Positions 19,003-27,882 of a stretch of DNA of 64,000 nucleotides are shown piece after piece. The stretch covers positions 132,342 through 196,341 of the forward strand of contig JAYRIP010000004.1 of the NCBI GenBank assembly GCA_041906765.1. Direction: 5' to 3'. Source of the stretch: Candidatus Saccharimonadales bacterium (lineage in GTDB: Bacteria; Patescibacteriota; Saccharimonadia; Saccharimonadales; JAYRRP01). The notes under the pieces are model-generated. The model did not search any database. It was not told the origin of the DNA and saw only the letters and a program-made list of their open reading frames with translations. Position numbers and translations under genes: made by a program. Every line of letters begins with the position of its first letter. Positions within the stretch are counted from its first letter, which is position 1.

Positions 19003-19707
19003 CTATTGTAGCAGCTTGGCAACTGCGACCGTACAGGCAGTTTCTGCTCGCAGAGTAAAGTCATGCAGATCTAGTGCCCGGACACCGTGTCCAATAAATT
19101 GCTCCTTTTCCTCATCAGTCCAACCGCCCTCAGGACCCACAAACACGCCCAAAGGCCCTTCATCGGTAGCTTTTTCCTGAGCTGAATCGGTATTTTTTTC
19201 ACAATAATAAAGCTTTAATTTAGGATCATACTCCTTGAGCGCTGCTTCTAAAGAGATAGGTGGACGGATAGCCGGCAAGTCGCTGCGACCGCACTGTTCT
19301 GCAGCTTCGATAGCTATTTTGCGCCAACGATCCATACGAATCTGGGACAAATCTTTCTTCTCACTTCGCTGAGACAGTATCGGAATCAGATGGCTCACAC
19401 CCAGTTCGGTGCATTTCTGCACTACCCACTCATTCTTGTCTCTTTTCAGGAGCGTCCAAAAAAGAGATATCTCTTTTTTCGGCGTAAGCGACACCATTTC
19501 TGTTACGAGCGTAAGCTCGGCCTCTTTATCATTAAGACTTATGAGGCGATAAATCTTTTCCTGGCGCCTGGCGTCAAATAAGATAATCTGCTGTCCTGCC
19601 TGCAAGCGGAGCACATGGTGCCATTGATGCAATAAATCATGGTCATGAACCCACACTAATTGGTCGAGTCTTATGGCAGTACCAACGTAAAAACGATGAA
19701 GCTTCAT
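19003..19707 (-). CDS. rsmE: 16S rRNA (uracil1498-N3)-methyltransferase
   Basis: MKLHRFYV start, a PUA-like N-terminus, and the SPOUT C-terminus GPEGGWTDEE...LRAETA. Confidence 0.9.
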   Translation of the reverse strand: MKLHRFYVGTAIRLDQLVWVHDHDLLHQWHHVLRLQAGQQIILFDARRQEKIYRLISLNDKEAELTLVTEMVSLTPKKEISLFWTLLKRDKNEWVVQKCTELGVSHLIPILSQRSEKKDLSQIRMDRWRKIAIEAAEQCGRSDLPAIRPPISLEAALKEYDPKLKLYYCEKNTDSAQEKATDEGPLGVFVGPEGGWTDEEKEQFIGHGVRALDLHDFTLRAETACTVAVAKLLQ

Positions 19708-19759
19708 GAGTAGCGTATTACCTATTTATATTGACTGCCGCAATGTCTGTAGGCACTTC

Positions 19760-20581
19760 TTAGGGGCGCAAGGCACCAAAGAAAATTTGCCAAGCAAGAG
19801 CGGTCTTAGCTACAAGACTTAATATCATATACACCCGTTCTCCATAAAGATAATTCGCCCATTTTCCCTGCCGACGATACTGAAGAAACATATTAACCGC
19901 AAAGCTCATAAAGAATACAAGTAGACTTACGTAAATCCAGTAGACAAAAGCGGGAATTTTACCAGAACCATACACTTTGGCTCCCCACAGGTAGATAGTA
20001 AAGACAATCCACGGCACGACTCCAGCCAACCAGCCCACCTTGTAGCTCAACCAGTTGGTTGTTTTTTGGCCCAGATTCTGTGTTTCCATGAGCAGTCCTA
20101 AAAGACTCATAACCGCACAAAGGGTAAATATCATAATCAAACTGGAAAGATCGTACACGCCAGTCAGCAAACCAATAGCTACAAGCATGGTGCTTGCGCT
20201 GAAGGCATACTCGAACCATCGCGCTCGGTTAATACCTTGGCGTAATCCCGCTTCATACCTTTGGCGATAGACAGTTGCCAGCAGTCCATGTGCAATCGCT
20301 GACATAAAGAAGAAGACTGCAGTCAGCCACGCCATGCGCACATCAAACAAGTGACGCATTGCTGGCGCAAGGACTGGTTTGCCGCCGGCTTGAGTTGCTA
20401 AGGTATTTGAAGTCAAATAACTAGTAGTGACAGGAAAAGTAGTTGCTTTACTCAAGATAAGAATTGCAATACCTTGGACCCCATGCAGCAAAGCTAGGCT
20501 GACATTCCACTTATAGAAGTTGGGAGCTTTGGTATTTGCGGTAGATTTTTTGTGTTTTTTGACTGATTGCTTTTTTGCCAT
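19760..20581 (-). CDS. heliorhodopsin (7-TM retinal protein, inverted topology)
   Basis: Blocks match the prototype HeR 48C12: NRARWFEYAFSASTM (TM3 counter-ion Glu), GVVPWI, IPAFVYWIYVSLLVFFMSFAV, and QYRRQGKWANYLYGERVYMILSLVAKTALAWQIFFGALRP (Schiff-base Lys in SLVAK). The TM1 His (LLHGVQ) and TM2 His (AIAHG) are present. A Lys-rich N-terminus fits a cytoplasmic location. I chose ATG 20581 (MAKKQSVKK) because it sits 6 nt after TGCTATAGT. Confidence 0.9.
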   Translation of the reverse strand: MAKKQSVKKHKKSTANTKAPNFYKWNVSLALLHGVQGIAILILSKATTFPVTTSYLTSNTLATQAGGKPVLAPAMRHLFDVRMAWLTAVFFFMSAIAHGLLATVYRQRYEAGLRQGINRARWFEYAFSASTMLVAIGLLTGVYDLSSLIMIFTLCAVMSLLGLLMETQNLGQKTTNWLSYKVGWLAGVVPWIVFTIYLWGAKVYGSGKIPAFVYWIYVSLLVFFMSFAVNMFLQYRRQGKWANYLYGERVYMILSLVAKTALAWQIFFGALRP

Positions 20582-20587
20582 GGCACC

Positions 20588-20596
20588 ACTATAGCA
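20588..20596 (-). promoter_or_regulatory. extended -10 promoter (TGCTATAGT) of the heliorhodopsin gene, leaderless configuration
   Basis: The minus strand reads ATCATGCTATAGTggtgccATG. There are 6 nt to the ATG and no SD. Confidence 0.5.
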
Positions 20597-20649
20597 TGAT
20601 TTACCTCGCAAAAATCATTTTGCCTGCAGCTCATTAGACAAAAACTAAG

Positions 20650-22185
20650 TTACGCCTGAAGCCGAAGACGCGTAATGAGCCAATCGCGAGGCAAAATACT
20701 CAAGAACCATCCGGCTCTCGGTCCAGATTGTTGAGCGATTAATACTTCATAAAGAGTCTGGAACAATTCCTGCGGCGGCAAGCCACTCTTGTCCTTTAAC
20801 TCGTAGATAGTTTGATGAAACCATTCGCCGTCTGCGTCTGTCGGAGCCGCCTCTACCTTAGCCGCCAGCTGGGTGAGGTAATCCTTTTGTTGGTCAGTAA
20901 GCTGCAGGCTCTCCAGTGACTTGCGTAGCTCAAACTTCACATCTTCTGGTGCCCATTTATTAAGCCAGGCATCAATAAAATCAAGTTCCTTGATAATGAC
21001 TTCTTCTTGCTGGTGAACGGTACTGGCATGCTCTGTGCGACGGATGATATCCAGTGTTTTGGCTTTATCTCGCAGTGCTGCCTGGTAGCTTGCCACCAGG
21101 TGCGAAAATGGCACATTACTGATAGTGTTGCCACCCTTAATGGTACTTGTGCAAACATACAGCAACAGCTCGTCTTTTTCCGTTTTATTGGGCTTTGCTA
21201 AGAGCTCGGCGTATTCGTCAATGAGACGCACCACCCCACTCGTTTCATCGAAAAACAGCTGCTTGCTTGGCTGATAACGTAATACAAAGTAACGCACGAT
21301 TTCTGGCGGCAAAACTTCTAGGAGTTCTGAAATAGTCACCGTATTGCCTGCACTCTTACTCATCTTTTTTGTCTCACCCGACCGATTAATAAACTGGTAC
21401 GGGACCGGTAGGGGCGCTTCGCCGCCAAACACGCTTTTTACCAGCGCGGCACCGGTATCATAACTGCCTCCCTTCGTTGCATGGTCACGTCCGAACGGCT
21501 CTACATCTACCTCTAGTTGCCACCATCGCGCCGGCCAATCGAGCCGCCAATCGAGCTTCACGTCGCCTTTATCATATCCAATGGTTTGCTCTTGCCCCTC
21601 CACATCTTTGTATACCACCTGTTTCGCAGTAGTGTTGAGGCTGACAAACGGACGCTTTTTAAGGTACCCGTCTTCGTTCACCTGGATCGGGGACCACTCT
21701 TCACCCAAACGTCGGCCAGAGACCTCCTCAAGCACACGACGGGCGTTCGTGATATTCATAAGAGCCTTCTCGATTGACGGTATAAAATAACCGCTACGAT
21801 ACTTCTCATGGCTGCGTACAATCTCCATATCAATACCGAGCACATCAACATTATTAATAAAATCACTCAGGTAATAATTTGCGTATGAGTCAGCGTCCGG
21901 CTCTGGCGACGGTACATCGCAAACCGGTTTACCAAGATACTTTGAAAACTCCTCTGGCACACCAGCAGGCACTTTGCGCAGACCATCGAGGTCATCAACA
22001 AAATGTACATGATGCACCTCACGACCCCGCTTACGCAAAATAAGTAGTACCGCATCGGCAGTTAAAACTTCGCGGAGTGTGCCGATATGATACTTTCCCG
22101 AGGGGGATACTCCAGAGGACACCAAAATAGCACCGCTTGGGTGTACGCGCTCTAATTCGTCAGCAATTTGGTGAAGCCAATGCAT
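20650..22185 (-). CDS. lysK: lysyl-tRNA synthetase, class I
   Basis: A Rossmann-type aaRS with a HIGH-like motif (SGKYHIGTLRE) and KMSKS (KKMSKSAGN). The LDWRLDWPARWW block is typical of class I LysRS. There are no class II motifs. Confidence 0.9.
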   Translation of the reverse strand: MHWLHQIADELERVHPSGAILVSSGVSPSGKYHIGTLREVLTADAVLLILRKRGREVHHVHFVDDLDGLRKVPAGVPEEFSKYLGKPVCDVPSPEPDADSYANYYLSDFINNVDVLGIDMEIVRSHEKYRSGYFIPSIEKALMNITNARRVLEEVSGRRLGEEWSPIQVNEDGYLKKRPFVSLNTTAKQVVYKDVEGQEQTIGYDKGDVKLDWRLDWPARWWQLEVDVEPFGRDHATKGGSYDTGAALVKSVFGGEAPLPVPYQFINRSGETKKMSKSAGNTVTISELLEVLPPEIVRYFVLRYQPSKQLFFDETSGVVRLIDEYAELLAKPNKTEKDELLLYVCTSTIKGGNTISNVPFSHLVASYQAALRDKAKTLDIIRRTEHASTVHQQEEVIIKELDFIDAWLNKWAPEDVKFELRKSLESLQLTDQQKDYLTQLAAKVEAAPTDADGEWFHQTIYELKDKSGLPPQELFQTLYEVLIAQQSGPRAGWFLSILPRDWLITRLRLQA

Positions 22186-22229
22186 CTCTATCTCAAGATT
22201 AACCGATTTTCGAGTAAGCTACTAGGTCT

Positions 22230-22703
22230 CTAGCCAATATCTACAATTGTATACGTCACGGTATCGGCTGGTGTTTTGATTTCAACTTCATCACCAACTT
22301 TCTTGCCCAGTAATGCCTGACCTATAGGCGATTCATCAGAAATCTTACCATTTAAAGGATCAGCTTCTACCGTGCCTACTACTTGAAACTCTTTGGATTG
22401 GCCCTTTTTTGCTTTTAGTTTTACTACTGAACCAAGCTGCACTTTGCTGTCACCACGGGGTTTACTAATGATTGCGACATTTTTCAGTATATGATCGATT
22501 TCGGCAATACGGCTCTCAACTCTTTCTTGTTCCTGTCGAGCAGCACTGTATTCGGCATTCTCATTCAAATCACCGAATTCTCGGGCAGCTTTGATTCTTT
22601 CAGCTATCGGTGCTCTTTGAGCAACCAGATCATCATACTCTGCCTGCAGTTCGGCAACACCTGATTTTGTTAATCGGAATTGTTTTTTCATAAACTCGTA
22701 CAA
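22230..22703 (-). CDS. greA: transcription elongation factor GreA
   Basis: N-terminal coiled coil (LTKSGVAELQAEYDDLV...AREFGDLNENAEYSAARQEQ) and a C-terminal FKBP-like domain (SDESPIGQALLGKKVGDEVEI). Confidence 0.93.
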   Translation of the reverse strand: MYEFMKKQFRLTKSGVAELQAEYDDLVAQRAPIAERIKAAREFGDLNENAEYSAARQEQERVESRIAEIDHILKNVAIISKPRGDSKVQLGSVVKLKAKKGQSKEFQVVGTVEADPLNGKISDESPIGQALLGKKVGDEVEIKTPADTVTYTIVDIG

Positions 22704-22747
22704 TTGCTCCTTTGTCCCACCTCGCTCAAGAAGTTGCTTTGCTGATT

Positions 22748-22756
22748 ATTATAGCA
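22748..22756 (-). promoter_or_regulatory. extended -10 promoter (TGCTATAAT) upstream of greA
   Basis: The minus strand reads GGGGCTTGCTATAATaatcag, about 45 nt upstream of the greA start. AAAGGAG SD lies downstream. Confidence 0.45.
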
Positions 22757-22794
22757 AGCCCCGAATGCCTTCGCCAGCTAGTTGTTTGCAGTGG

Positions 22795-24048
22795 TTAGGC
22801 GCCAATAATGGCGACTAATTCACCTGGATTGACCAGCTTTACCTCTTCCGAGGCGCGGGCTTTTAATTCTATCATACTTTTTTGGACAGTTTTATCACTA
22901 ACCACTACACGCCAAGGAACACCGAGTAAATCGGCATCAGCAAACTTCTCACCTGGCCGAATATGCCGGTCATCGTATAACACCTCGACACCGGCAGTTT
23001 GTAACTTATCGTAGAGTTCGTCAGCAGCTTGAATGACGTGATCCTCAACACCAAGACGAGCTAAATAAATTTTCGCGGGTGCAATACTGTGGGGCCAATT
23101 TAACCCTTTATCGTCGGCAAAATGTTCAGCCAGCAGTCCCATAAGCCGACTGATACCCACACCATAGCAACCCATAATAATCGAATGTCGCTTACCGGAT
23201 TCATTAGTATAGTGCACCCCAAGAGTATCCGTATATTTGGTTTCCAGTGGAAAAATGTTTCCTACTTCTACCCCGCGCTTTTCCACCAGGTCAGCTTTGT
23301 TTAAACCAAGTTTACGTAAATTCTCATCGGTATAGATCTCTTTATTAATGGCAAGCTTCTTTTGTTCGTCTATATAGATGGTATCTTCACCAATAGGGCT
23401 GATCGTCTGGAATTCATCACTGAACCTCTCAGTAAAAATACCACCGTCGGCAGCTGTCCGATACGTAATATCACCAATACCAAGTCGGTCGTAGATGCGA
23501 ACGTACGCGTTGGCAGCCTTTTCATAGAGTGCATCATGTTCCTCTTGGCTACGCGCCAATGAGTACATATCCTTCATGATAAATTCACGTCCGCGCAGGA
23601 GTCCGCTTTTTGCACGGAGTTCGTTGCGAAACTTGTTTTGTATCTGATAAACGTAGATTGGCAGATCTTTGTATGAATTTATAAAACTACTAAGCGCATC
23701 GACTATCGGCTCCTCATGCGTTAATCCCATGCCGAGCTCTGTTCCATTGATAAGCTTTGTTTTAAACCAATTATCGACTTTTTTATCATCCCAGCGATCG
23801 GTTTTTTCAAAAATATCGCGTGGTTGTAGCACTGTCATCTGGACTTCTTGCCCGTCAATTGCATTCATCTCTTCACGTACAATATTTGCGATTTTGTCGA
23901 GCACGATTTTCCCGAGCGGCAGATAAGCATACACGCCAGCCATCTCTTTGTGTATATAGCCAGCTTGAATCAGCAACTGAGCGTTTTTTGCCTGCTCATC
24001 AGCGGGGATGGTTTTGCTGGTTTTAGTAAATAGCTTGGATAGCCGCAT
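22795..24048 (-). CDS. proS: prolyl-tRNA synthetase (short bacterial type, no INS editing domain)
   Basis: MRLSKLFTKT...QLLIQAGYIHKEMAGVYAYLPLG, motif 2 FRNELRAKSGLLRGREFIMKD, motif 3 MGCYGVGISRL, and a C-terminal anticodon-binding domain. At 417 aa there is no room for the roughly 180-aa INS domain. Confidence 0.93.
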   Translation of the reverse strand: MRLSKLFTKTSKTIPADEQAKNAQLLIQAGYIHKEMAGVYAYLPLGKIVLDKIANIVREEMNAIDGQEVQMTVLQPRDIFEKTDRWDDKKVDNWFKTKLINGTELGMGLTHEEPIVDALSSFINSYKDLPIYVYQIQNKFRNELRAKSGLLRGREFIMKDMYSLARSQEEHDALYEKAANAYVRIYDRLGIGDITYRTAADGGIFTERFSDEFQTISPIGEDTIYIDEQKKLAINKEIYTDENLRKLGLNKADLVEKRGVEVGNIFPLETKYTDTLGVHYTNESGKRHSIIMGCYGVGISRLMGLLAEHFADDKGLNWPHSIAPAKIYLARLGVEDHVIQAADELYDKLQTAGVEVLYDDRHIRPGEKFADADLLGVPWRVVVSDKTVQKSMIELKARASEEVKLVNPGELVAIIGA

Positions 24049-24065
24049 TGGAGATCATTGTAGCT

Positions 24066-24947
24066 TTAGCGCCCGTGGAATACAAACAGGGTAAGAAATG
24101 CTATCGTGTTCTTCAGCATATGCAAGCCAATCGGTGCCGCAAGTCCGCCCGTTTTTTCTTTAAGGTAAATGAGTACCATAGACAAAGTAAAGGTATCTAA
24201 AGCTGCCACCCATAGTAACGGCGCATCAGATCCAGCCTGTAAGTGCGCTAAACCAAAAAGTACACTAGTGAGAAGCGCCGCCCAAAAATACCGCATGCCA
24301 CTTCTCAATCCTGTATATAAGAAGCCCCTTACCAGGATTTCTTCTACAAACGCTGGCATCAGCACAAGACTGGCAAATACTGCTACAAGCCCGATCCCAG
24401 ATGCATTATCGAATCCAATTTGTTGCTGTTGGTCAGTGTTCAGTGCTGGAATTAACACTTTGGCAAGGCTCAACAGTGCAATAAACGACACAAAATATAT
24501 GCCAAATCCTAACGCTACATAACCAAGATCACGCCATCTTGGACGAAACCAGCCCAAAAATTTCAAGGGAGTCCGTCTCTTTTTCAGAAAACCAAGCAAC
24601 AATGCCACACTGATTGCTTCTATGAGAAGAACGGTTAGAAACTGGCCGTACACTGAACTATCAAGCCACGTAATAACTCTATCGCCGGTAAACCCAAGCA
24701 CCCGGCTGATTGCTAGGGCTGCCAGCACACCCATAAACTGAGCGCCAAAATAGATAAAAAGCGTCACAGCCACGCTTTCCAGGGGTGTCCAAGCCACGCG
24801 ATCCGGGTTATGTTGTTGGTAGCTTGCGGGAGATGATGGAGCAGCCTTTTTGGGGACAAAATAACGCACCAATCCATAGATCGCCAGCAAATATAATGGG
24901 GTAAACCAACTAAGTCCCGTAAGTATTGAAAGAGCGGCGACCATCAA
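24066..24947 (-). CDS. CPBP-family intramembrane glutamic endopeptidase (CAAX protease-like)
   Basis: Multi-TM protein with EEILVRGFLY and FGLAHL motifs. Confidence 0.85.
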   Translation of the reverse strand: MMVAALSILTGLSWFTPLYLLAIYGLVRYFVPKKAAPSSPASYQQHNPDRVAWTPLESVAVTLFIYFGAQFMGVLAALAISRVLGFTGDRVITWLDSSVYGQFLTVLLIEAISVALLLGFLKKRRTPLKFLGWFRPRWRDLGYVALGFGIYFVSFIALLSLAKVLIPALNTDQQQQIGFDNASGIGLVAVFASLVLMPAFVEEILVRGFLYTGLRSGMRYFWAALLTSVLFGLAHLQAGSDAPLLWVAALDTFTLSMVLIYLKEKTGGLAAPIGLHMLKNTIAFLTLFVFHGR

Positions 24948-26071
24948 AAGAACCGCCTTACATCAACAACGGTTATAAGCACAAAGAGGAGCATCAAAGC
25001 TGCAAATCCAGTTCCATGAATAAGTTCCTCCATTCGTGGCGTCAATGGTTTACGCAAAAATCGAAACAGCCAGGTTACAAACAAGCGGCCACCGTCCAAA
25101 GCGGGAATCGGCAGTGTGTTCATAATCGCGAGCGTCAGCGAGATAATAGCGACAATGAGCAGTACGAATTGCGGACCCATCAGGCTCCCGTCTTTCAAAA
25201 GGACAAAAATACCCACCGGGCCCGCTACTTGACTGGTAGCCTGCGCGGTATTCCAGCTCAATAATCCACTCAATGCCAGCCAGAGACCATGTAAAGTAGC
25301 TTTGGTGACTTGCACCATAAATCCTACCGCCATAACTGGCGCCGACCACGTGGATCGCTCTAGGGTGTATTCTGTCGGTACCACACCCAAGTAACCTTTG
25401 GGGTTATCAGTCTGTTTGCTAGCTTCAACTTCCTGGGCGGAACGAAGTTGGACCTGAACCGTTAATTCATTGCCCTGCCTGTCTAGTTTAAGCTGAATTT
25501 TTTGGCCAGCGTACTGCTTGGTCAGGTCCGGAAACATCGCAGCGTTTTCTATCTTTGTCTCCTGTTGGGCAGTAGTCATAAAGCTTCGCAAATTATCACG
25601 CGGCTTTATTCCTGCTTGCTGAGCAGGCGAACCTTCTTCTACATAACCCACCAGCACCTGGTTTTTGATAACGCGACTGTCAGAAGTAACAACGAACTGG
25701 TTATCAAGCACGCGCGGCATACCAACCCAACCTAAAATTGTTAATATGAGCCACGCTGCCAAGAGATTCATTCCGACACCGGCTAGCATAATCTTTGACT
25801 TGGACCGAATGTTTGCGGCACCATAGGTGCCCTTGCCTCGATCTGCATCGTGTTCCCCTTTTAGGCGCACAAATCCACCTAGTGGCAGGTAATTCACGCT
25901 GAAAAGTAAGCCGCTTTTTAGACGTTTACTCCAGGCGCGAGGCGGAAAACCGATGGCGAATTCCTCTACATCTACATTATTACGCCGAGCCGCGATGAAA
26001 TGACCAAATTCGTGCACAATGACAAGACCAACAAAAAGAATAAGCCCGATAATGAGCAAAGCAACTGTCAT
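24944..26071 (-). CDS. rseP: RIP metalloprotease RseP/RasP (M50 site-2 protease with PDZ)
   Basis: HEFGHFIAAR zinc motif in TM1, a central PDZ (GSPAQQAGIKPRD), and a C-terminal NTLPIPALDGG motif. Confidence 0.9.
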   Translation of the reverse strand: MTVALLIIGLILFVGLVIVHEFGHFIAARRNNVDVEEFAIGFPPRAWSKRLKSGLLFSVNYLPLGGFVRLKGEHDADRGKGTYGAANIRSKSKIMLAGVGMNLLAAWLILTILGWVGMPRVLDNQFVVTSDSRVIKNQVLVGYVEEGSPAQQAGIKPRDNLRSFMTTAQQETKIENAAMFPDLTKQYAGQKIQLKLDRQGNELTVQVQLRSAQEVEASKQTDNPKGYLGVVPTEYTLERSTWSAPVMAVGFMVQVTKATLHGLWLALSGLLSWNTAQATSQVAGPVGIFVLLKDGSLMGPQFVLLIVAIISLTLAIMNTLPIPALDGGRLFVTWLFRFLRKPLTPRMEELIHGTGFAALMLLFVLITVVDVRRFF

Positions 26072-26787
26072 GTGCCAAATCTCCGCTGACGCAATGAATA
26101 TTCATGTAGAGCCCGATCAAGCATTTCCACGGTAAAAGCCGGCCAATAAGTTTTGAAGAAAATAAATTCGCTGTAAGCAGCCCGCCACAACATAAAGTTA
26201 CTTAGACGTTGTTCACCCGATGTACGAATTATTAAATCGATCGGCGGCACGTCTGGTGAATACAAATTTTGTTCAATTTTCTCAGGGGTGATCTGTGGTT
26301 TTTCTGATCCACTTTCAATAATTTTTTGACAGGCGTCAGCAATTTCCTGTTGCCCTCCGTAGTTAAAGCACAGCAACATAGTCCCCTTTGTATTATGTTT
26401 TGTCATCTCTTCAATACGCCGTATAGCCTCTACTACCGGCTTTGATAAACGATCTGCAGAGCCCAAAAAGCGCACCTGAATCCCTTCTTGATTCAGTTCA
26501 TCCAACTCGTGTTTACTCACCCACAACAACAGTCTCATCAGATAATTAACTTCTGGCTTGCTGCGGCTCCAGTTTTCAGTAGAAAACATAAAAGCACTAA
26601 CATATGTGATGCCTCTTTCGAATGCAGCCTTAGCAATCTGCTTTAGTGTCTCATAGCCTTTTTTATGACCCTGGGAAACACCTAGATTATTTAACCGGGC
26701 CCAGCGTCGATTACCATCCAGAATAATACCTAAGTGATTAAGTGCTTGTTGATCGATATCCATATTGCTTGTTTTATTATACGGCAC
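26068..26787 (-). CDS. uppS: undecaprenyl-diphosphate synthase (cis-isoprenyl transferase)
   Basis: LGIILDGNRRWA, YVSAFMFSTENWSR, IRTSGEQRLSNFMLWRAAYSEF. Confidence 0.95.
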   Translation of the reverse strand: MPYNKTSNMDIDQQALNHLGIILDGNRRWARLNNLGVSQGHKKGYETLKQIAKAAFERGITYVSAFMFSTENWSRSKPEVNYLMRLLLWVSKHELDELNQEGIQVRFLGSADRLSKPVVEAIRRIEEMTKHNTKGTMLLCFNYGGQQEIADACQKIIESGSEKPQITPEKIEQNLYSPDVPPIDLIIRTSGEQRLSNFMLWRAAYSEFIFFKTYWPAFTVEMLDRALHEYSLRQRRFGT

Positions 26788-27862
26788 TTATCTTCTGTAT
26801 AGAGTATTGTTCTCAAAAATACTCGACACAGAACCATCAGTACCAATTTCAAAGATTGCCTTACCAATTAATGAGCCTATCTCTTGTACAATTAACCTAT
26901 CTCCTAAAGCCTCTTGTGCCTGATCTTGGGGAACTGTATCCGTGACGATAATCTTATCTATTTCTGCCTTCTCTAGACGCTCCAATGCCGGATCGGAAAA
27001 CAAACCATGAGTGGCAGCGAGAATGATTTTATCTGCGCCAGATCGAGATAGAATCTCCGCCGCTGATACAACAGTTCCGGCGGTATCAATCATATCGTCA
27101 ACTAACACTGCAGTTCGCCCACCAAAACCATCAAGCCGCTGAGCATGATGAGTCGCTGCACCATCCGACTGGCGTGTCTTCTGCATGACAGCTGCTTGCC
27201 CATGCTTTATCCTGTCCACATAAAAATTGGGCAACTTCAGGCTGCCGCCATCGGGAGCTACAAAGACAGTATCATCAAGCTCTATACCATTATCTTCAGC
27301 ATACGTTTGTACTACTTTTGTTAACCGATTTGCTCCTGATAAATTATCGAACCATTGATGCATAGAGCCGATTTGGGGCGAGTGCAGGTCAACGGTGACC
27401 AACCTATCCATGCCCACGTTTTGGTATTGCTTCATATGAACAGCCGCCGCTACAGATTCCCTGCCGCTGCTTTTTCTATCTTGGCGTGAGTAAGCGAAGT
27501 AAGGTTTTATCACTGTAACTTCCTTGGCAGAAGCACGCGCAGCTGCATCGATTATGATTGCCGTCTCCTGGACCGAATCATTAATAGACCAATAAAGCGG
27601 CTTCTCTGCCAGATTATTAATCAATCTCGCACAATCAGTCTGTACGATAAATACCTGCTTACCTCTTACTGATTCATGAAACTCTGCATACAGTTCCCCA
27701 TTAGGAAAATGCTTGAGAGCTAAATCACCAAGTTCCGTACCTATACTTTCAGCAGCAAGTTGTCCCTGTTCCGGGTAGGTACTGCCCGCAACGATTACAA
27801 GCCCTTCTGCCTGCTCAGCCGATAATATTCGTTGGTCCGTTTGGTGAAATAGAAGAAGACAT
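26788..27862 (-). CDS. prs: ribose-phosphate diphosphokinase (PRPP synthetase); 5' end disrupted by an apparent +1 frame discontinuity
   Basis: The body (ORF 26788..27624) carries IIIDAAARASAKEVTVIKPYFAYSRQDRKS and VLVDDMIDTAGT. The same frame continues upstream without ATG, GTG or TTG, and encodes the conserved N-terminus (GLVIVAGSTYPEQGQLAAESIGTELGDLALKHFPNGELYAEFHESVRGKQVFIVQT) back to the frr stop. The only SD+ATG (GGAGGG-N9-ATG at 27862) is in the +1 frame and ends at TGA 27817..27815. Confidence 0.75.
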
Positions 27863-27882
27863 ATTAGGAGCCCTCCGTTCAG

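Noticed and set aside
21534-21557. A 12-nt tandem duplication (GCCAATCGAGCC GCCAATCGAGCT) that could be mistaken for a repeat element.
   Set aside because: It lies inside lysK and encodes LDWR-LDWP, part of the conserved class I LysRS block (..W..DWPARW). This is coding-sequence periodicity, not a mobile or CRISPR repeat.
27815-27817. Reading the TGA that ends the short ATG-initiated frame of prs as a sense codon (code 4 or 25).
   Set aside because: RF2 is present and TGA is a genuine stop elsewhere. Translation past the TGA in that frame gives no Prs-like sequence. The conserved sequence is in the other frame.
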